Source of the DNA: Flavobacteriales bacterium
GTDB lineage: Bacteria > Bacteroidota > Bacteroidia > Flavobacteriales_F > PHOS-HE28
Assembly: GCA_020635675.1 (NCBI GenBank)
Contig: JACJZJ010000001.1
Span: forward strand, 128,184 to 192,183
DNA length: 64,000 nucleotides
Direction of reading: 5' to 3'
This document shows, piece by piece, positions 59,406-64,000 of this stretch. Under the pieces are notes generated by a model. The model searched no databases. It saw only the letters and a program-made list of their open reading frames with translations, and was not told where the DNA came from. Numbering within the stretch: position 1 is the first letter of the stretch; every line of letters begins with the position of its first letter. The position numbers and the translations under genes were made by a program.

Positions 59406-60793
59406 GGCGCTCCGGTCAGGATCAGCCGGTGATGCAGCACGCGGGCGCCGCATTCGACCCGGACCACATAAACCCCCGCGGGAAGTCCCGTCAGGTCCAT
59501 CGTCCATGCGCCCTGCTCCAGTGAACGCGGTCGTAGTTGTGCGGCGATGCGTCCCGCGGGATCGATGACCCGGATGGTGGTGGGTCCACCGACGCCCACC
59601 AGTGGCGAGATGCGCACAGGACCCGAGGTCGGGTTCGGCCAGACCCGCAGATCGGGTGGCCGGAGTTCATGTTCTCGCGCGGTAAGTGCCTGATCCACGT
59701 CGAACACGAACAGTCCGTGTTGCATGTCGCTCACCAGCACATGCCCACTGGGCAGGAACGGGTAAACGCCCCACGCACCCTTGTAGCTCGTGCCGGTGGG
59801 TTCCGGGTAGGTGTCGTAGTACCCGAGTACTTGGCTGTTGCCGGGATCGCTGATGTCCCACAGCCAGTAGCCATCGTAGTAGTAGCTGACGTGCAGCAGG
59901 TCCCCATTGATCAAGGGGTTGTGTGGAATGGAGTTCACGGACCATTCCACACCGATGGTATCGATGAACTGGATGTCCGTCGGGTCCGTCACGTCGAAGA
60001 GCTTGAGGTCGTTCCCATGGGTCTCATCGGCCAGGACGTAAACGGTCCCGTCATCGTTCAGCCATCCGCTGTGGTCGTAACCGGCCTGCGGATAGTTGGT
60101 CAGGGAACCCAGGATCACGGGTGAGAAGGGGTCCGTGAACGAGACGATATGCATGGCATCCTGGTCGTTCAGATAGGCCACGTTGTCCCGGGCGTACATG
60201 TCGTGCACGTAACCGATCGCATTGTTCCACCAAGGCAGGTCCTGGTCGGCGATGAGCAGTTCCACAGGTTGTTCCGGGTCGGCCAGGTCGTACACCCCGA
60301 AGCCCGAGTTTCCGCCACAGGTGTATAGCCGGGCGTGCAACGTGTCGATGAAGATATTGTGCGCCCGGGTGAACAATGCGTTCGAGTCGTAGACGATCAC
60401 GGCGGAATCAGGCAGGTATTGGAGGTCCACGATCTGCAGTGTACCGGGGCCTTCGTCACAAACGATGTACAGATAGTGTTGGTAGGTCTTCATGTCCCGG
60501 TGCACGAGCATCGGTCCTTGTACCGCACCCGGGATGAAGGCCACCTCCTCCGCATTGATCGCATCGGTCACGTCGAAGAGGTGCGTACCCAGGGAGCTGC
60601 CGATGATCGCGTATTCGGATCCTCCCTGTACATACCCCCATACATCATCATATTGGTTGTTGAAGGCCGCGCTTCCCGGGATCGTGTCCTCGTCCCAATG
60701 GTATAGCAGGTGCACGTTCAGACTGTCCTGGGCGAATGATGCCGGACCGAAGGTGATCCCGGCGAGAAGTGCGATGCGACGGAATATTTTCAT
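59402..60793 (-). CDS. LVIVD-repeat / choice-of-anchor-B-like beta-propeller protein with a type-A T9SS CTD
   Basis: Signal peptide MKIFRRIALLAGITFGPASFAQ, repeated ...YV.D...G..I.D... blades (LYIVCDEGPGTLQIVDL), and a C-terminal ...LRVWPNPTSGPVRIS...IRVIDPAGRIAA...GVYVVRVECGARVLHHRLILT, giving 463 aa. The ORF-track start at 61348 is a 185-aa Arg-rich artefact. Confidence 0.6.
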   Translation of the reverse strand: MKIFRRIALLAGITFGPASFAQDSLNVHLLYHWDEDTIPGSAAFNNQYDDVWGYVQGGSEYAIIGSSLGTHLFDVTDAINAEEVAFIPGAVQGPMLVHRDMKTYQHYLYIVCDEGPGTLQIVDLQYLPDSAVIVYDSNALFTRAHNIFIDTLHARLYTCGGNSGFGVYDLADPEQPVELLIADQDLPWWNNAIGYVHDMYARDNVAYLNDQDAMHIVSFTDPFSPVILGSLTNYPQAGYDHSGWLNDDGTVYVLADETHGNDLKLFDVTDPTDIQFIDTIGVEWSVNSIPHNPLINGDLLHVSYYYDGYWLWDISDPGNSQVLGYYDTYPEPTGTSYKGAWGVYPFLPSGHVLVSDMQHGLFVFDVDQALTAREHELRPPDLRVWPNPTSGPVRISPLVGVGGPTTIRVIDPAGRIAAQLRPRSLEQGAWTMDLTGLPAGVYVVRVECGARVLHHRLILTGAP

Positions 60794-61602
60794 TGGGAGG
60801 CGATCAATTCCTTCATGATCAAGGTAAGGCGGGGTTCGGCTTGCTCGGCCACGCGCTGGACCATTTCGTGCGTGGTCTTTACGATCCTGCCTTTGACGCC
60901 GATGTCCGTGATCACGCTCATTGCGAAACAGGGAATGCCCATGTGCCGGGCGGCAATGACTTCCGGTACGGTGCTCATCCCTACCGCATCGCCCCCGATG
61001 GCCCGGATGTAGTGGTATTCCGCAGGGGTCTCCAGCGTTGGACCGGAGAGTCCGACATACGTGCCGGTGCGCACCGGTATTCCGTGCTCCCTGGCAATGG
61101 AAAGGGCCTTGTCGATCAAGCGGTGGTCGTAAGGCTCGCTCATGTCGGGGAATCGTGGTCCGATATCGTCCTGATTGGGGCCGATGAGCGGGTTGGTGGG
61201 GAACAAGTTGATATGGTCGTTCAAGATCATCAGGTCCCCGATCTCCATTCCGGGGTCCACGCCCCCACAGGCATTGCTGACGAGAAGGCGCTGTATTCCG
61301 AGGAGTTTCATCACACGCACAGGAAGGACCACTTCGGCCATGCTCCAACCCTCGTAGAAATGAAAGCGGCCCTGCATGGCCACAACGGTATGACCGCCAA
61401 GTTCGCCGAAGAGCAAACGTCCCGGATGGCCTTGTACCGTGCTTACGGGGAAGTCCGGGACCTCAGCATATGGTATGGCATGGGACACGGCGATCTCTCG
61501 GCCCAATCCGCTCAACCCCGTGCCCAGGATGATCCCGGTGTCCGGTGTCAGGCCGGTCGACCGCTTCAAATGGTCAGCGATGCGCTGGATGCGTGGCAAC
61601 AT
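60790..61602 (-). CDS. purine nucleoside phosphorylase (PNP/MTAP family)
   Basis: 270 aa, ...GIILGTGLSGL...MQGRFHFYEGW...VSNACGG...MSTVPEVI... Confidence 0.9.
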   Translation of the reverse strand: MLPRIQRIADHLKRSTGLTPDTGIILGTGLSGLGREIAVSHAIPYAEVPDFPVSTVQGHPGRLLFGELGGHTVVAMQGRFHFYEGWSMAEVVLPVRVMKLLGIQRLLVSNACGGVDPGMEIGDLMILNDHINLFPTNPLIGPNQDDIGPRFPDMSEPYDHRLIDKALSIAREHGIPVRTGTYVGLSGPTLETPAEYHYIRAIGGDAVGMSTVPEVIAARHMGIPCFAMSVITDIGVKGRIVKTTHEMVQRVAEQAEPRLTLIMKELIASQ

Positions 61603-62635
61603 GGTCTCGGATCAGGGCCGCGAAGCGTTCGGGTTCGTACAGGATGACGGTCCGCATGCCGATCACCACGATGGGCAACCCGGATAAGGGGTCTCCATCG
61701 GCCACGGGGCCCATTCGGGCCATGTCCTTTTCCGTGGTGACCAGCAGTTTCGGACCGGGCGCGAAAGTACTGAAATGGCGTGCCAGGCCTTGTCCGTCAC
61801 CGATGGTGAAGCGGTGATGGTCCGTGAAGGCCGCGTGATCCACCCGGCCCCAAAGGGTGCGTGCATGGGCGAGCAATGGGGTGGGGTCGGCGATGCCGGT
61901 GAAGAGAAGGGCGCTTACCCCGCCGCCTGTCGGGACCGCGCCGCTTCCCCCATGGGACCATTGCGGCGCCAGGTGGTCGATCGTGCTGAAGAACAGCGCC
62001 TGGTCGTCCTGAAGTCGGAGTCGTTCGCGCCATGCGAGCGGAGCACCAATGCCCTTGTTCTTCGGGCATTTCGTCACGATGACCACATCCACGTACCGGG
62101 CCCGGGAGCGCAGGTCGCGAAGTCGCCCCATGGGGAACAACGCATCATCCGCGTAGGGGTTCTGCCATGTGGTGAGCAGGATCCGGAGGCCGGGGTCTAG
62201 CGCGCGATGCTGCAGGGCATCGTCCAGTACGACGGCCCTTACATCGGGCACTTCCCGAACGATCCTTGCAACGGCTCGCACCCGGTCGCGGCCGACGAAC
62301 ACCCGGGCATCCGGGAAATGGCGTTTTACCTGCACCGGTTCGTCGCCACTGATACTTGCCGTATCGGAAGCCATCACTTCATGGATGTCGGTCGTGGACC
62401 GTCCGTGACCCCGGCTCAATGCGGCGACTGGTCGAACGTCCGCCAGCACCCGGAGGACGAGTTCCAACATCGGCGTCTTTCCCGTACCACCGAGCGCGAG
62501 GTTCCCTATGGCGATCGTGGGGGGGGCAGGCCGCGTGCGCCTCAGGATATATGTATCGTAGAGCGCATGCCGGATGTGGAGCACCGCCCCGAATACCAGG
62601 GTGAAGGGCCAGGTCCATAGCCTTCGCGCCAGCAT
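61574..62635 (-). CDS. lpxK: tetraacyldisaccharide 4'-kinase
   Basis: An N-terminal transmembrane helix (WTWPFTLVFGAVL) is followed by P-loop IAIGNLALGGTGKTP. Start at MLARRL (62635) gives 353 aa. The alternative ATG is at 62659, and the ORF-track start at 62968 is over-extended. Confidence 0.85.
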   Translation of the reverse strand: MLARRLWTWPFTLVFGAVLHIRHALYDTYILRRTRPAPPTIAIGNLALGGTGKTPMLELVLRVLADVRPVAALSRGHGRSTTDIHEVMASDTASISGDEPVQVKRHFPDARVFVGRDRVRAVARIVREVPDVRAVVLDDALQHRALDPGLRILLTTWQNPYADDALFPMGRLRDLRSRARYVDVVIVTKCPKNKGIGAPLAWRERLRLQDDQALFFSTIDHLAPQWSHGGSGAVPTGGGVSALLFTGIADPTPLLAHARTLWGRVDHAAFTDHHRFTIGDGQGLARHFSTFAPGPKLLVTTEKDMARMGPVADGDPLSGLPIVVIGMRTVILYEPERFAALIRDHVATHPAHR

Positions 62636-62671
62636 CGCCAACTTTGCAGGAACGGACATCAACGGCGAAAG

Positions 62672-63766
62672 ATGCGGAACAAAGAACTGATCGCCGCCTT
62701 GGAGCGATGGGCACCACTCGAGCTTCAGGAGGACTATGATAACGCCGGCCTCCAGGTCGGAGATCCCGAGGCGGAGATCGAAGGGGCGATGGTCTGCCTC
62801 GATTGCACCGAGGCGGTGGTGAACGAGGCTGAACGAAAAGGCTGTGGCCTGGTCATAGCCCATCACCCCGTGATCTTTCGTGGATTGAAGAGCCTGGTGG
62901 CCCGCGGGCCCGTGGAGCGAACGCTGTTGTCCGCACTGCGACAAGGGGTCGCCATCTATGCGATACACACCAACCTGGACAACGTCATTGATGGCGTGAA
63001 CGGGGAGATCGCGGATCGGCTGGGGCTCAGTCCTTTACACGTGCTGGACCCCAAGGGCGACCAATTGGCGAAACTGGTCGTGTTCGTTCCCCGGTCCCAT
63101 GCTGACCCCGTAAGGGATGCCATTTTCGCCGCAGGCGCGGGGCGTATCGGTCGCTATGATGAATGCAGCTTCAACGTGGATGGCCGGGGCACTTTCCGCG
63201 CCGGCGAGGGCGCGGATCCGTTCGTGGGTGCGCTTGGCGTGCGCCATGAGGAACCCGAGGTCCGCATCGAGGCGATCTTCCACCGCCCCCTTGAGCGCGC
63301 GATCCTGGCCGCGTTGACCGCAGCACACCCCTACGAGGAGGCCGCTTTTGATGTCTATCCCTTGGCCAATGCGCACAACGGTATTGGTAGTGGCTTGATG
63401 GGGGAATGGGACGAAGGGTTGGACGAAGGGGAATTCCTCGGCCGGTTGCGGGAGGTCTTCGGGCTGAAGGTGGTCCGGCACACGGCCTATACGGGAAGGC
63501 GGATCCGTCGCGTGGCCCTATGTGGAGGTTCAGGTGCATTCCTACTGCGAAGAGCGCTTGCCGAGAGTGCCGATGCCTATGTGACCGGGGATGTGAAATA
63601 CCATGAGTTCTTCGAGGCGGATGGCAGACTTCTGTTCGCCGACATCGGTCACTATGCCAGCGAGCAGTTCACCATGGCCCGGATCAAGCGCCGATTAGGG
63701 GAAATATTCCCTACATTTGCGGTCCATTTGACGGAAACCGTCACGGATCCCATCCACTATTCCTGA
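62672..63766 (+). CDS. Nif3-like dinuclear-metal-centre protein (GTP cyclohydrolase 1 type 2 / YqfO family)
   Basis: 364 aa, MRNKELIAALERWAPLELQEDYDNAGLQVG..., with a PII-like insert. Confidence 0.9.
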   Translation: MRNKELIAALERWAPLELQEDYDNAGLQVGDPEAEIEGAMVCLDCTEAVVNEAERKGCGLVIAHHPVIFRGLKSLVARGPVERTLLSALRQGVAIYAIHTNLDNVIDGVNGEIADRLGLSPLHVLDPKGDQLAKLVVFVPRSHADPVRDAIFAAGAGRIGRYDECSFNVDGRGTFRAGEGADPFVGALGVRHEEPEVRIEAIFHRPLERAILAALTAAHPYEEAAFDVYPLANAHNGIGSGLMGEWDEGLDEGEFLGRLREVFGLKVVRHTAYTGRRIRRVALCGGSGAFLLRRALAESADAYVTGDVKYHEFFEADGRLLFADIGHYASEQFTMARIKRRLGEIFPTFAVHLTETVTDPIHYS

Positions 63767-63768
63767 AC

Positions 63769-64000
63769 ATGGCGAAGACCGACGTGAAGACCGCGGCCAA
63801 GGAGAAGAAGACAGCCGCCGGAAAGAACGGCACCGCCCCCAAATCCAGCGCCCCGGCCGGCAAGGCAGAGGTCACGATCGCGGAAAAGCTCGTGGACCTA
63901 TTCCGCCTGCAGACGCTCGATTCACAGGTGGACCGCATCCAAGTGCAACGCGGTGAGTTGCCGTTGGAGGTCCAGGACCTGGAGGACGAGGTCACTGGTC
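63769..64000 (+). CDS. zinc-ribbon domain protein (COG1579-like), the usual Nif3 partner; the C-terminus lies beyond the window
   Basis: Hand translation gives MAKTDVKTAAKEKKTAAGKNGTAPKSSAPAGKAEVTIAEKLVDLFRLQTLDSQVDRIQVQRGELPLEVQDLEDEVTG... with a coiled-coil start. It begins 2 nt after the Nif3 stop. Confidence 0.7.
   Translation, partial: MAKTDVKTAAKEKKTAAGKNGTAPKSSAPAGKAEVTIAEKLVDLFRLQTLDSQVDRIQVQRGELPLEVQDLEDEVTG

Noticed and set aside
63741-63995. An 84-aa minus-strand ORF at the window end.
   Set aside because: It is antisense to the well-supported Nif3-partner zinc-ribbon gene.

Overview
This 64-kb window is a chromosomal segment from a visibly GC-rich bacterium with Bacteroidota (FCB-group) hallmarks. 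These are T9SS C-terminal sorting domains, PorP/SprF and GWxTD proteins, an L36 with a single Cys, fusA followed directly by rpsJ, and TAnnTTTG -7 promoter boxes. Almost everything is coding and most genes lie on the minus strand. The first third holds a partial UvrD-family helicase, a secreted protein, and the complete str-S10-spc-alpha ribosomal super-operon (rpsL to rplQ, including fusA, secY, map, infA, rpmJ and rpoA). A perfect palindromic terminator follows, then carA-eno. The remainder is rich in cell-surface genes. It contains a 3166-aa SprB-like repeat adhesin with a type-B (gliding-motility) T9SS C-terminal domain, its PorP/SprF and OmpA-family partner genes, and a small secreted ORF of unknown family whose stop overlaps the adhesin start. 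It also contains three type-A-CTD cargo proteins (an M1 aminopeptidase, a BNR beta-propeller protein, and an LVIVD-like beta-propeller protein) and a second M1 peptidase. Housekeeping genes fill the gaps: rlmB, rmuC, an L,D-transpeptidase, an Omp85-family protein, ung, OsmC, lipA, gap, lpxH, a TlpA-like protein, gatB, PNP, lpxK and Nif3 with its zinc-ribbon partner. I found no rRNA, tRNA, CRISPR, integrase or transposase. Many ORF-track starts are over-extended upstream, and the track uses GTG/TTG as start codons. The starts I propose are supported by 4-nt overlaps and conserved N-termini. Coordinates come from the ORF track and hand-counting on the printed sequence; one printed line (1561) appears to hold 59 characters, so hand-derived sites may be off by 1 nt.
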